Assembly (NCBI GenBank): GCA_002633005.1 | Contig: NMRA01000275.1 | Span: forward strand, 267,652-331,651 | Direction of reading: 5' to 3' | Length of the DNA: 64,000 bases | DNA from: Phoronis australis | Taxonomy: Eukaryota; Animalia; Phoronida | Part shown: positions 24,428-37,507 of the stretch, one piece after another | How the letters are laid out: each line of letters starts with the position of its first letter | How positions within the stretch are numbered: the first letter of the stretch is position 1 | Program-made: the position numbers and the translations under genes | The notes under the pieces: generated by a model | Database searches by the model: none | What the model saw: only the letters and a program-made list of their open reading frames with translations | What the model was told of the DNA's origin: nothing

Positions 24428-26456
24428 AGTGATCACCATCTCTAGCTGGCCTAGGCAATGGCAATGGCCATCGCCACATCGCCTCTGTTGGCCCGAACTA
24501 GGCAATGACCATCGCCTCTGGTGGCTTGAACCAGAGGCGATGCAGAGGCTATAGGCGCTCTGTACGCCGGAAGCTTTTCGGCGAATTATGCCTCGCACCG
24601 ACTAAACCATCAAAGTCACGTTGTTATAAATACCTTTTGCTCATAGAGGAACACCTTAGGAGATTGTCGATGTGTTTAATTCCTTCCAACTCGAACAAAT
24701 ACTCCCGTTATGAAACTTTTTCTTCGAGCAGTCCCTACTTCAGTTCCCAAAATCGTGTAATCAACGTTTTCATTTTTTTAACCAGGCCGATGGTCAGAAG
24801 TTGCAGACCTACCGGTGAACTTTGAAAGCTGAAGTTCCCACCCTTCGCGTACGTGCTGCCGGGAACCAGCCGTGCATTTGCCGTGTTGTTAAACATTAAA
24901 ATGTCAAATATGTGCACAAAGACTACTAAATGTCATATCAACAGCATTTATTTTTATCAAATACAAACAATAATTCATTGAAATACAATCAGTTTCAAGT
25001 AACGCCAATTAAAGACAAGTCTAAGTGGTGGCATTTTGGAAACGAACATGTGACTGACAAGACCGCAATGGCTCACCTTTGGCCTACTTAAAGATTGAGG
25101 TCATGAAGTCACATCACCTAGCGAGCGCGGTAAAAATTGGAGCGTGCGCAGTATAAAAATGGTGAGTTCACGATTTTGGGAACTGAAATAGGGACTGCTC
25201 GAAGAAAAAGTTTGATAATGGGAGTATTTGTTCGAGTTGGAAGGAATTAAACACATCGACAACCTCCTCAGGTGTTCCTCTATGCGCAAAAGGTATTTAT
25301 AACAACGTGACTTTGATGGTTAAGTCGGTGCGAGGCATAATTCGCCGAAAAGCTTCCGGCGTACAGAGCGCCTATAGCCTCTGCATCGCCTCTGGTTCGG
25401 GCCAACAGAGGCAATGGTCATTGCCTATAGCTGGCCCTGTGGTTGTGGCAGTGGCAGTAGAGACGGCGGAGCTCCCGTAGCATAGGCATAGGAGCTTCGT
25501 ACGCCGGAAGCTTTTCGGCGAATTATGCCTCACACTGACTAAAACATCAAAGTCACGTGGTTCTAAATACCTTTTGCGCATAGAGGGACACCTTAGGAGG
25601 CTGTCGATTTTAATTCAAATTATCAAACTTTTTCTTCGAGCATCTAGTCCCTCGTTCAGTTCCAAATTCCAATATCAGTAACTCGCCATTTTAAGCATTG
25701 CGTGTGGCAAGTGGTATGACGTCATATCCCCTGGCGTGTGCAGTGTAAAAATGGTGAGATGCCGATTTTCCGAACTGAAAGTAGGACTTCTCTAAGAAAA
25801 AGTTTATTCAAGTTGGAAGGAATTAGATACATAAGCGTCCTCCTAAAGGTCTCCCTCTATGCGCAAAAGGTATTTATAACAATGTCACTTTCAATTAAAC
25901 GGTTAACGGACTCATAAACACGGTCACGGACGCATGAACATGACTCACGGACCTACAAACACCGTCCACTGACTCACAAACACGGGAACGGACTCACAAA
26001 ACACGATCCATTCACCCAAATACACGGGACACGGACTCATTTTCACAAGGAAACATGGTTAACGGACCGCTAAACTCGGTTCACGGACTCATCGGCTTCC
26101 TCGGTCAGCTGACATCTACATTTTGTCCGTAAACCATGTTTGGTGGTCTATTAACAATGTTTCTTCATGAATGTGAGTCCGTGTCTCGTGTATTTGGGTG
26201 AATGAATCATGTTTTACAAGGCCGTTCCCGTGTTTGTGAGTCAGTGGACGGTGTTTGCAGCCCAGTGAGTCGTGTTCATGCGTCCGTGACCGTGTTTATG
26301 AGTCTGTTAACCATGTAGTTTAGGCACCTTGACTTTGATGTTTTAGCCAGTGTGAGGAATAATTTGCCGAAAAGCTATCAGCATATGAAGCTCCTATACC
26401 TGAGCTCCATCGTCTCTACTGGAGTACTGGGCCAGCTAGAGACGGTGATCACTGTC
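24428..26456. mobile_element. Nested cluster of foldback MITE family A copies
   Basis: Termini AGTGATCACCATCTCTAGCTGGCC and GGCCAGCTAGAGACGGTGATCACT; about 24520-24755 is an inverted copy of about 25170-25400; a second palindromic copy at about 25490-25890 resumes at about 26325. Confidence 0.8.
25899..26315. mobile_element. Palindromic MITE (ACGGACTCA-rich arms) inserted into a family A copy
   Basis: GGTTAACGGACTCATAAACACGGTCACGGACGCATGAAC is mirrored by GTTCATGCGTCCGTGACCGTGTTTATGAGTCTGTTAACC. Confidence 0.8.
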
Positions 26457-26587
26457 TGGCTTAGCCAGTGTACTTAACCTACCAAGTTGTGATTGCTTTT
26501 GTAAGGTAAAGCTTTCCTAATGCTGTACTTGCTTAGCAGTTGCACTTTGTTCTTAAAAGAATTTTATTTTTCAGGCAAACCATCGAA

Positions 26588-26638
26588 ATGTCACTTTATC
26601 CATCACTTGAAGATATGAAAGTGGACCAAATGGCCCAG
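26588..26638 (+). CDS. SDCBP: SDCBP coding exon 1
   Basis: [17 protein letters not shown]; acceptor AG at 26573-26574, donor GT at 26639. Confidence 0.95.
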
Positions 26639-29600
26639 GTACAGACATTTTTTATGCAACTAGTTCCCTGGTACCCCATTTGGCATATAAGGACATTCAT
26701 TTTTTAGTGAAAATGGACATCTCTGACCCTTTAAACCCAAAATATCCTCCCTGAAATTGCACAGTGGTCAGAATTGCTGAAAACCCATGGTAGGATTGTT
26801 GTAGACAGTGACCACCATCTCTAGTTGGCCAGTAGTCGTGGCGCAAAGCTGTATACTAAATTTACAGCTTTGCACCCATGTGGGTAGAAAACTGGCCACA
26901 AAATTAATGTCATTAAAAACCTCTCTTCCGGCCCGTAGCCAGGGGAGTTAGGAGGGTTCGATCGAACCTCCTCCCCGCGGAAAGGTCCAGCCCCACCATA
27001 TTCTTTATGATATGATTTAGATGAACAACATTATCAACAAAGTGTTAGAGTTATTGCTGGTACCACTAAATGCAATAATAATAATAATAATAATTTCAAA
27101 ATTGGTTCTGAATCTTATCGCTTTTAAATACGTAATCACCGGGGCCGTACCAGCCAACTTCGCCAAATGGCCATGTGTTTGCATACCAGATTACGGGTTC
27201 GTGCAGACGACTGTTAGCGGACGCTTTATGTTAGTGACATTCATACAAGAAACTACCATGTTGAATGTGCAAGGTAACTCGGGCCTAGAACTAAATGTCT
27301 ATACTTATATAGCAGCGAGAGGCCCCAATTAGTAGTGTGTAAATGGCTTAAAATGACCCACAAACAAAACGGCATGAGATTGGCTTCTTACTTGATTTTT
27401 TGGTATTGTTGGCAGCATATAATGATGTGCAGGCTTTTTAATTTTCAAATTGAATGAAAGTGACCGTACAATATGTTGTTCATCCAGTGCATGCTTTGGT
27501 TGTGGATTGCTGGATTGACGTGCATGTGATGTGTGCGTTTTCATTCTTTTAAATATGCTGTAAACTCTCAGGTTAACAACCTGGGTACTTAAATTGGGAA
27601 ACCCTGAGACGGGAGTGGGCGATTACCCAAGCGGTGGGCGCTTAAACTAAAAAATTGGTAAAAAGTCGGGGGTGGGCGCTTACGTCCCAAGTTTTAGCCG
27701 AATTGGGCAAGCTCGCGGAGTGTTCATTCGTGCACCGAACTAGTAAGTTTGGTCAAGAAGTGGGACCTGACAACCACAAGGTTTCTCAAGGCTCAAACAG
27801 AAATGGGATTTCGACTTTGAAAGGGTGATTTCGCGAGAATGTTGCTAAAAACTCTGATGTTTTCAAATATATTAGCGTGCTGCAAAATGTCACACCACTG
27901 AGCTTTATGAAACTCAACTGACACTCTATTTACTGTATCAGCAAGTACTGTTTCAGATCAGCGAACAGGACTACATTTCGTTTGCAGCACCATTGTATTG
28001 CTAGTGTTGTTCATACGACTGTGTTTAGTTGGAACCTTTCCAGTCTCGTCGTTGTTAGTGTCGTCTGTGTTAAACCCGATAAACTATTGATTCACTCTTA
28101 AGTTTATTTGGCACTGGATTAAAAACACGGACAATTCATTCCTGGCCAAAACGAACCGTTTGAAATTACAGCGAGATGGTGCGTCAGTATTTCTCAGTTT
28201 AAATCTGGGGAAATAAATCTATCAACATCCCGCGCTCTATGCTTACAATTACAATGAGAGGGGGGTTTGATTAATTGGTCAGTTCAAGTATGGGTTGACC
28301 CAGGAAATAAAGCTATCACAATCACGTGCTCTATGCGTGCCATTATGTCAAGAGGGGTGAATTCAAATCTGGGTCAACCCAGGAGAAAAGTCTAGCAAAA
28401 CCAACTGCTCTGTCAATGTTTCGAAGTTTTACCTCTTCTAGCCAAACACTCAAAAAACTTGATCTACTGAACTTGAAAACGCATCGGAAAGGGTGCCTGA
28501 TACAAAAAAAAAATTTAGACTAATATTATAAGTAGGTAATTCAAAAACTTGTCACCTAGACAAATCTACGTTGGTGACGACCACAATATCTCGTAGTAGA
28601 CTAGCGTTACTTCTATAAAAATCTATTGAGTAGGCCTATATTAATTTAACAAAAGATCAGTTGATACGTTTAAAAAAGGTGTTTGCTGCGCTTGAAGTAT
28701 TCCACTAACGCCGGGTGAAAAACGTACTTTTCGAGTCAATTGTACACAGGTGTAAGCACACCGCGTTTCCGTAAACACGGAAGTCTGAGCCCGAGGCAAT
28801 GCTGTGAACAAAGGCACGGGTTCAAGTGCAAGTTCTGTAAGCAGTAAGTTGAGGATGAACGATTACCCAAGAGGTGGGCGCTTATGTGGAAATTAGCACA
28901 AAGTAAGGGATGGGCGATTACACAAGCAATGGGCGCTTAAACCGAAAATTGACCGAAAGTCGGGGATTGTCGATTACCTGAGCATGGGCGTTAAACCGCG
29001 AGTTTACGGTAGTACTCATAACTTCTGTAGGAAGCCCTCTGTCATTACCGTTTTTGCCAGTAACTGTCATGGCATCCTCATTTCTTGGATTAGGCCTACC
29101 CATTCTGTCTTATCTCAGGAAAATGGAGACGTCAAGACTTACCGCAGTGTATACCGATTTCCATTCTGCCGGGTTTTGCTGCCTAAGGGTGCTACTGAGA
29201 AAATGGCGGACGTTTTGCGAAATGTGATCAAAACGTCCACCGTTTAAGAAATTTGAACCACCCTCCGCTCATTGCTGGCTACGGGCCTGCTCTTCCATGT
29301 GTAAACTAAATTATTTAACGGTGTTGGAAAAATTGGCGTTCTACCGTTATTCTGCATCGGCTTTCAGCACCATGAAATATTGCATCACCTATTGGCCAGT
29401 TTCTTTTTTCCCCGATTCTTCAATCAACTGTTATTCTTCCGTGAGGTTGCGTAGATGTCACAACAAATTATCGGAACTGGTTTCATTTAGTTACAAGTTT
29501 TTAGTATTTTCCAGCAAATCGAGTTTCAGAATCAATTTTGCTGCTGCGAAGCTGTCATAACCTCCTGAGAGATGTTGCAAAATTTTAGGAAATAGTGCGT

Positions 29601-32600
29601 GCGCATGACACAAGCGTACTGTTTTCAAAACGACGAAATACTTGTCAATGTTACAAAACGCGAAGAATTATGCAAGAAAATTACGTTTATAGATTGTTTT
29701 TCATTTAAACGGCTGTAACGAGCAAGGCGAGTGTTGGCTGATTCACAGATTTTGCATGCACCCTGCACGGTCTTTAGCTCTACATGTTGATGCAAGTTTC
29801 ATGGCGAGATGACGAGCAGAACTACCCTGGATGTGTGCAATTTCGAGGTCTGTCGGCAGTGAACACACAGTGGTACCTAGCTGTATTTTGACTATAGTCT
29901 TCATACAGGTAGCTGGTTGTCGAGATGGCCAGTAGAGATGGTGGAGAATTATGCCTTACACTGATTAAAACAACAAAGTCACATTGTTATGCACATAGAG
30001 GGACATCTTTGGAGGCCGTCGATGTCTTTTATTGCTTCCAACTCGAACAAATACTCCCATTATCTAACTTTCTTCGAACAGCCCTTCATTCAGTTCCCAA
30101 AATCGGAAACTGGCCATTTTTACACAGCGCTTGCCAGGGCATATTACGTCATACCACCTGCCGCCCGCAGTGTTATAAATGGTCAGTTTCCGATTTTGGG
30201 ATCTGAATGAAGGAGTGCTTGAAGAAAAAGTTTGATAACAGGATTATTTGTTGGAGTTAGAAGGAATTAAAGACATCGATGGCCTCCTAAGGTTACCTCT
30301 CCGTGCAAAAGGTACATGTAACACTGTCTAGCATTGTTGCAGCCCAAACTGATGCCTGTACCAAACTGATTTGGTGCTCTTCAATTTGGCGCCGGTTGGG
30401 GAGCCAAACTGAAGCTGCCTCTGGTTTATGCTTTTTAATTGTTTTCAGAACAAAAATTCACGACAATGTGTGCAGAATGGTGCATAATACTATCTCAGTA
30501 TACTATCCATTTGATTGATTCTTAAGCATTAATAACATACTCATTATCAACAATTTCAGTCCTGATATAAGTTTAAAATTCATAAAATACTGGCAGCAAT
30601 TTGCGAACTTGTGGTGGCTTCAGTTTGGCGCCAGCATAAGTTTAGGCCGCAACAGGATATTTTGCTTGAGAAGGATGACATACATAACTGCGTTCAACAA
30701 CTTGAGAAAACGTGTACTTCAAACAGAAGCTGTAATTGTGAAATGTAAAGTGTAAATAACCGAAAGAACAAACCAAAATTGATTCAGTTTAACAATAAAC
30801 TCATAAAATGGACAATTTTTAGTTTATACAGTTCAAGGTTGGTCTTAGCATGATGCCAATCTCATTGAAGTAATCTTAGTTTCATCAACTAGAAAAAGTA
30901 ACTAGAAGTGAATTGCCTTATTTCTTAGAGAAGTTCCTGAATTTTTTTGCTCCTGAATAGTGTCTATTTCGATTGAGTTAAATTTGAAACCAGCCAAATC
31001 GTGATTAATGTCACTTGTCTTTTCACCTAGGCCCAGGTCCAGTATCATCAGGCAGCTCAACAGGCAGTCCAGTATCCCGGTACCATGCCACCCCAGACCA
31101 CACCTGCTGCTGTTCCGGGCACTTCTTCCCTTTACCCATCCCTGCAGGATTATATGGGACTTGACCTTTCACCAGATGTCATTGCGACCAACATGCCAGT
31201 CGTGGCAGCCCACCCAAGTACAGCTGTATCTGTGCGACAGACGCAAGCCGGTCAAATGCAAGTGGCGCCAATATCTGGCAATGATGTTGGCATCCGGCGT
31301 TCAGAAATTAAGCAGGGCATCCGTGAAGTAGTGCTGTGCAAGAATGAGAAAGGCATGATTGGTCTACGTGTTCGCTCTGTTAATAAGGTGAGTCTCTGTT
31401 CATTCTGGAGAATAGGTTCTTCATTGGTCTCTTGAGGCATTGTATATAAAATGTTCACTTACTTAGAGACTATTCAATGGTGATGGTGTAATTCACGAGG
31501 CCTCAGATGGGATTTGCCCAGGTGTTTAGGTGGAGATGTGTCTAGACACTAGAGTGAAGTTTGCTGCAAGCAACAAACTAATTTCAGTTTACTTTCACTT
31601 GTTCTCTGACCTGTTGTAGCAATTTAAGGTGCCCAAAACTGTCATTTTCACATCCAGAACAATCTCCTTAAAAAATTCCATTCATTTGATGTGCATCTTC
31701 CTGTCAGATTTTTAAATAAGACAGACTACCTCTTCTTATTCCAGGGTCTATTTGTTGCACTTGTGCATGAGAACACACCGGCCTCCATGGGGGGTCTTCG
31801 GTTTGGTGACCAGATCCTTCAGATCAATGGTCAGAATGTCGCTGGGTGGGATACAGACAAGGGCATGACATTCCTGAAAAAGGCTGCACCAGAGAGAATC
31901 ACATTCGCCATTAGAGACAGGTAGGGTTACGAGACTTTAGTGGTATTATCTCAGGAGGTAGAAACAACACCATGGTCGCGTCTCTAAATTCCAGTGATGA
32001 TCCTATATATATGCCAGTCCAGGACCAGCAGAAATGAAACACAGGGTACAAATTCAGGGACTCTCTCCTAGGCTCCACTCATGCCCTGAAAGTTAGGTGG
32101 TCAGTTTTCAGCGCCACCTACCTTTCACCATGACCTTGAATTGAGATCAGAATGCCATCAGATTAAACCTGTTGTGCAGTGGGATATTCGTCTCTTAGTT
32201 TTTCATTTGTGGCCATTTTGTGATATCAGCCTATTTCATTTACTAAATCATCTTGAGTTCTAACTCGGCAATGGTAATTTGATGTCATGATGATCGCAAA
32301 ACATCATGAATTTGCTGGACAGTTCTGCTCCGTGAGATCTACATCTAAGTAACCGACGAACTGTAGGTGGCACTGAATATTGTGTGCCAAATACTCTATA
32401 GCCGTCTAGCCACAAAACTTATGCTTTTTCTACATTGCCACTTTATCAGATTTAGGTCACACTGACTGCAAGTGTTCTGAGCATGGAGTTTATTCTCAGT
32501 TGGTAGAGATTTTCCATATGCCCACAATGCATTCCTTTCACCTTCCTGTCTCCAATCTGCACATAATTCGGCTAGCTGCTTAATCACACCAGTGTTCAGT

Positions 32601-35120
32601 AATTTATCGTTTTAACATTTTTTTTTGTTTTTGTGACATAAACGCATTGCTTTTCTGGACAAGAGTTGGATATAAATAGGAGCCATAAACAGAAACCAAA
32701 CTGAAAAGTTCTCAGTTGTTTCAGCCCTACTAAAACCAACTCTTTATTATTTCAGGCCATTTGAAAGAACAGTTACTATGCAGAAGGACAGCACTGGCCA
32801 TATTGGATTTGTGTTCAAGGACGGCAGAATAGATGCCATCGTCAAAGACTCATCTGCCGCAAGAAATGGTGTTCTTGTAGACCACCAGCTGTGTGAGATC
32901 AACGGTCAGAATGTTCTGGGTCTGAAGGTATGTCAACTGGGTTTTATTGAGGTGCATTAAAAGCCCATGCAGTGCCATTTTGTATTGCGAGTTCACGCTT
33001 AGATCGACTGCAGTAGAATCATGTACATATTTTAGTATTAACTTTTGCCTTAAAAAGCTAGCAAATGTTGCTCTCGACAGCAAAACCGATGTTGGTCTAA
33101 GCCGATGTTGGGCTTCAAAGTTGTCCTAAAAAATAAACGTAATGAGGATTGTGTGAATGTGCCGCTGAGATGAGGTGCTTTCTTTTTTTATTCATGCCTG
33201 GTATAAAAGATGGCTGCTCCTTATGACTATTTTCCTTTGCACTTTAACAAATGCTGTTATATTGGTTGTTCTAGTCAACTGATCACCAAATACCATAACA
33301 ACAAAAGTATGCTTCAAGGGGCTTTAAATTGTGCTCAGCCAGGTTCTAGGGGTGTGTTTTTGAGGCTGTTTAAGTATATCTTATTAAATGGCCTTACATT
33401 TGTCACAGTACATAGTTTTGCACAGGTTTTCTTCCTGTCTCTGAAGAGTTTCCAGTTACCTGTCTGAAACTTTGTAACTGTAGTACACAGAAACATAGTC
33501 TGTTCAGTGACTGAGAAATCTTGTATAAAATTATCCACCGTGATGAACACGAGACCAGATTGTTTAATAGATTGTGTGTTCCAATGCTCAGGCTTTAAAA
33601 AACTGTTGTGGGGGGATTTTTGTAAATAAAAATGCCATATACTAGTATTAAGAAAGCTGTTTGGACAGCACCAAGCAAAGACTGAAATTACATTGTGTCA
33701 TTTACATTATATTGTATTTGTATTCAAGGACAAAGACATCTTAGCGGTTATTGGCACAGCCCCAAGGACAGTGACCATTACAATCCTTCCATCGTTCATC
33801 TACAAACAGATCATTAAGTGGTGAGTGCATGTTTTTTTAACATTTTTAAAACTCACGTATGTATCTTCAGGTGGTAACACTATGGTGTGTTTGTTCTAAC
33901 ATAACGTTTTAATGAGCATTTGAACTCAGACCTGCATAGCTCTAAGCTATCTGTTTTGCCAGTGTGGTTCTCATCCAATGCATTTTTAGCTGCGAGCTCT
34001 CACCCCTAGCCTTTTCCATCAAGTTTTAAGGACTGGTTTGTCTTAAGGACAACGTCGATACAACCTTGTGGTTTAGAACCAGCTGTTCTCTGTTGAAGTC
34101 GCCACAAAAAACGGGTTACTCACACCAAACCTCATTAAAACATCTACTAGTACAAGTGATGTTATTTTTCGTGTCTGCCGACTACAGTAAACCTGCTGTC
34201 GGAAGGTAATTTTTGATTTAGACCACTCACCATTACAGAAACTATCATTCCCAAACAACCCCATACTCTGGACAGCTGATACCTTCAGTTGCTAGATCCA
34301 AGGAACTTCCCTGTTTTTTTTTGTCAGGTTCAATCTCATCAACGTGGGCTCTGTCCCATTCAATTGTGTCATCTGTGATTACTGACTTGTTCACACTTTG
34401 TCATAGTCATGACAAGATATTTTGTACACACATTGACATTTGTTGAGATCAGATAATTCATTTCGCAACTATTTCGTCCACTTTCACAAAGTTTCTTATA
34501 TTGTAGACAACCAACTTCATTAGCATGAAAATGTAAGAAGAGCATGGCCACTGCTGTATTCCTTTTCAAATTGCCATGGGCCCAATGATGAAGGGCTAAA
34601 ATATAATCTTTCATACATAGTCCACAGTGTTTCAATTTTCCCCGTCATTTGACCATCCCACCAAATGACAGAGCTAAATAACTGCAAAGAATTTAAAATA
34701 GCAGCAACAGCAAAATCGCACTACTTTAAATCTGTATCCATGTCACTGAGTGATTTGAATGGTGTTGCTATTTATCCAAAAAATCTCCATTTAGTGACAG
34801 ACAATTTAAAGAGGAGTCGACTATGCTATGCGACTCATATTGACTTGTACACAAAAACATTCTTAATATCTGTTCTCCGCATGACAAGTCTCGTTCGCAC
34901 TACTGAAAATGTGGTAGGACCTTTCATCAGTTGGAATCAAATATTTATCAGCAGAGCATAGGCAGCAAATCGGAAGAGAATTAGCTACATATCTGAAATT
35001 AAGCTGTAAAGTATTCTAGTTAAATGTAGTCTCCTGGTGTCACAGTGTTTTATTTTTTGTTGCAGCATGGGTGAAAGTTTGATCAAGAAAGTAATGGACC
35101 ACTCAATCCCTGATGCATAA
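26588..35120 (+). CDS. SDCBP: Syntenin (syndecan-binding protein), complete, 300 aa, tandem PDZ domains
   Basis: Exons 26588-26638, 31031-31387, 31745-31920, 32756-32927, 33729-33820, 35066-35120 total 903 nt in frame; [13 protein letters not shown] start, two PDZ domains ([13 protein letters not shown]; [11 protein letters not shown]), MDHSIPDA* end. Confidence 0.97.
26930..29289. mobile_element. hAT-like non-autonomous DNA transposon
   Basis: TIRs GGCCCGTAGCCAG and CTGGCTACGGGCCTG; flanking direct repeat CTCTTCC (26923-26929, 29290-29296), consistent with an 8-bp TSD eroded on the left. Confidence 0.7.
27556..29012. mobile_element. pogo/Tc1-mariner-like non-autonomous element nested in the hAT-like element
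   Basis: Right end GTTAAACCGCGAGTTTACGGTA, degenerate left end TGCTGTAAACTCTCAGGTTAAC, and repeated subterminal TGGGCG(A/C)TTA motifs at both ends. Confidence 0.6.
29948..30315. mobile_element. Foldback MITE family A copy
   Basis: Arms ...CAGTTCCCAAAATCGGAAACTGGCCATTT and AAATGGTCAGTTTCCGATTTTGGGATCTG... around a central TTACGTCAT. Confidence 0.8.
30334..30655. mobile_element. Small MITE-like element
   Basis: Inverted ends TGTTGCAGCCCAAACTGATGC and GCATAAGTTTAGGCCGCAACA. Confidence 0.55.
31031..31387 (+). CDS. SDCBP: SDCBP coding exon 2
   Basis: AQVQY...[11 protein letters not shown]...IREVVLCK...VRSVNK; CTAG acceptor, GTGAGT donor. Confidence 0.95.
31745..31920 (+). CDS. SDCBP: SDCBP coding exon 3 (PDZ1)
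   Basis: GLFVALV...[13 protein letters not shown]...AIRDR; phase 0-2. Confidence 0.95.
32756..32927 (+). CDS. SDCBP: SDCBP coding exon 4 (PDZ2)
   Basis: [18 protein letters not shown]...NGQNVLGLK; phase 2-0. Confidence 0.95.
33729..33820 (+). CDS. SDCBP: SDCBP coding exon 5
   Basis: [30 protein letters not shown]; AAG acceptor, GTGAGT donor. Confidence 0.93.
35066..35120 (+). CDS. SDCBP: SDCBP last coding exon
   Basis: (C)[17 protein letters not shown]; TGCAG acceptor. Confidence 0.93.
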
Positions 35121-36861
35121 ATGAATGGAATGTGGTTTGTATACATACAACATCCATCAACGTTTGTAAAATTAGTATATTACCTTGTTTCGGAATTTTA
35201 AGTCATCAAGGCATGACTGGATCTGTAGGACTGGTGCAATATAAAAGATTGAAATGAAACCATCTGCCAAATGGGATTTATGGAGTCGATTGTGAATACG
35301 GAGACATTTATGTTGTTTCACAAGGATAGCACGCATTGTTATGAACTTGGGATTGATTTCAGTGTTTTATCATTCTCACAAGATTATAGTATAGTGATGA
35401 TTCAGTGATAAGACAGTAAAATAACACCAGTTTAGGGCACAATATGGCAGACAAGTGGAATTTTCTTTTTTTAAAAAAACGTGTAGGACATAAATAATGT
35501 TTTGTCATGTTTTAAGTTTTGTACCGTCGCTACCATCAGACAATATTTTGAAAATGTGTGTCCATTCACAATGATAGAAGTCTTTGAAAAATGAAAAAGG
35601 CAATTTCAACTATTTTTGTCAGAAGTTGGTGATATTTTTCATAGTTGTAAGAGGGAGTGAAAATGGGCGTTGACCTGAGTTGGGCAAGTAGTGTGCGTTT
35701 GTTTATTGAATAAATTTATGTAATTAGGAATTATCTATGTATCATGTTTGTGATATCTAGCAACATTTTTCTTGAAAAAAATAAAGTTTTGATTGTAAGC
35801 TAATAAAAATCTTCCCGAAATACTGATATTACTTGTCAATAATGATTTTCTCGGTTTTGTACTAGTTTTAGGCAATAGTGATTTTGTTGTCAATGCTTAC
35901 ACTTACTGTTGTGTCAATGATTTATTTTTATAAAAATTAAACCATGTCGGTGTCCCGACTTAAAAACACTTGCCATGGAATTTTAATACCTTATATTTAT
36001 AGGTGTAAGTGTGAAATTGTTAAAGCAAAGATAAAATACACATGAACTTTGTATTCATCAAAAATTATAAATAAAGTGTTCTTGAAATTTCTGATATTTT
36101 CAAAACATATAATTTTCTGCATCTGCTACAGGCTGCGTGCTATAGTACTATAGTGCTATAGTTTGTACAGTTCATTCACATTTTTGTAACACCATCCACA
36201 CTCGGGCACCACCATGCCCATAACAGATCTGATTAAAGTCACACTGACTGCAATAGTTAAATGAAGATTCAATGTTCCCAGAATATCAACACCTTGTAAC
36301 TGATCTTCCATGAATGGTCTTATTACTAGTATCATCCACTTTGCACCATGTCCACGTTGCATGTATTCTGTAGTATTAGTGCTGCAACTCCAATGGCAGA
36401 AAGTTGAATAACCTTGACAACTATCCATGGATGCATGACATTAAGTTCTTCACCCGGCCCACATCAACCAGAGACAAGCAAATGCAGAGCAAGTGGATAA
36501 AATAACTTCATTAGGTTAATTGTAAACGACTGGGCTCTTTCATTCAAATATTGGCTATTTAGTGCTATGTTTCAATTGACTTGTCAGGTGCATCGCTTAA
36601 AAATCCCAATGTCGTGTAGTGAATTTCTCATAAAAGCCGTTTTTGTGACTAATTGGAGTAGTACAATTGCAATGCAAGGCAAGGCACAAACGAGTGTAAA
36701 TGCACTCTAAAGCATATCTATGAACTTGATGTGGAGGAATTTTGTTTGATACAATGTTTTTACAGCTTATAAGACATGTGAAGGCTAAGTTGTATCAATA
36801 TCAGCTTCATAACCACATAATGCTTTAAAGATATTCTCATGACCTGTTTAACTATGCACCA

Positions 36862-36991
36862 TCACCGCTTTTTAAATTTTCCAAGGAGCTTTGATGTTTT
36901 GATTTTTTCAATGTCTGTTTTGCTGAGAAATTGTACTCCATCTCTGTAGGATAACACCTGACCATCGACAAATCCAAGTTCTTTCTTGATT
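36862..36991 (-). CDS. C1orf131: Terminal coding exon of a C1orf131-like (DUF4602) protein
   Basis: TTTCAG acceptor then IKKELGFVDGQVLSYRDGVQFLSKTDIEKIKTSKLLGKFKKR*, resembling the recalled human C-terminus [24 protein letters not shown]. Confidence 0.65.
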
Positions 36992-37292
36992 CTGAAATGA
37001 AATACAATAACAATTACACTTCTCTTTTATTATGAGCGAGACCAATTTGTTCACTTGAAGCAAGTAATATTCCATTTCTGTCATTTGGAGGGTGCTTTGC
37101 TAAAGCTTATTGATGCAATCAGGCTAGTGCAATTGCTCAAAAAAGTTACGAACTCTGAAAAAAGTCCTAAGATGCATAGGCCCATATTAGAAGTATTGAG
37201 TATTTCTCAGAAAACTTGATTAGGTGCTGTACATTGACATAGGTTCAAAAATTCTTGGGCATTTGACTTTGCATAGTGTTTTTTTGCGTTAT

Positions 37293-37500
37293 ATTATTAT
37301 TATTATTGTATTTTCAATTAGGGTAGCCCCATCAGTTCTCACTGCTTTCCATGGTGGCCCTTAGTCAAAATATACAAATACATTTAGACAAACAAACATA
37401 ATCACAAAATGAAAAACAAGATTTAAATAATCAATGTAAATACTCAGTACTTTCTTGTCAATCAAAATAGAAATTGAGTCAACAACTAGTGTAACCGATA
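37293..37500 (-). mobile_element. 3' end fragment of an L2/Crack-like LINE (or derived SINE) with (AAT)n tail
   Basis: Reverse complement AGGGCCACCATGGAAAGCAGTGAGAACTGATGGGGCTACCCT...AATAATAAT resembles the LINE 3' end at 5739-5816 (AGGGCCGTCTTGGAAAGCAGTGCTATACTGAAGAGGCCATCCT). Confidence 0.6.
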
Positions 37501-37507
37501 ACTTTAA

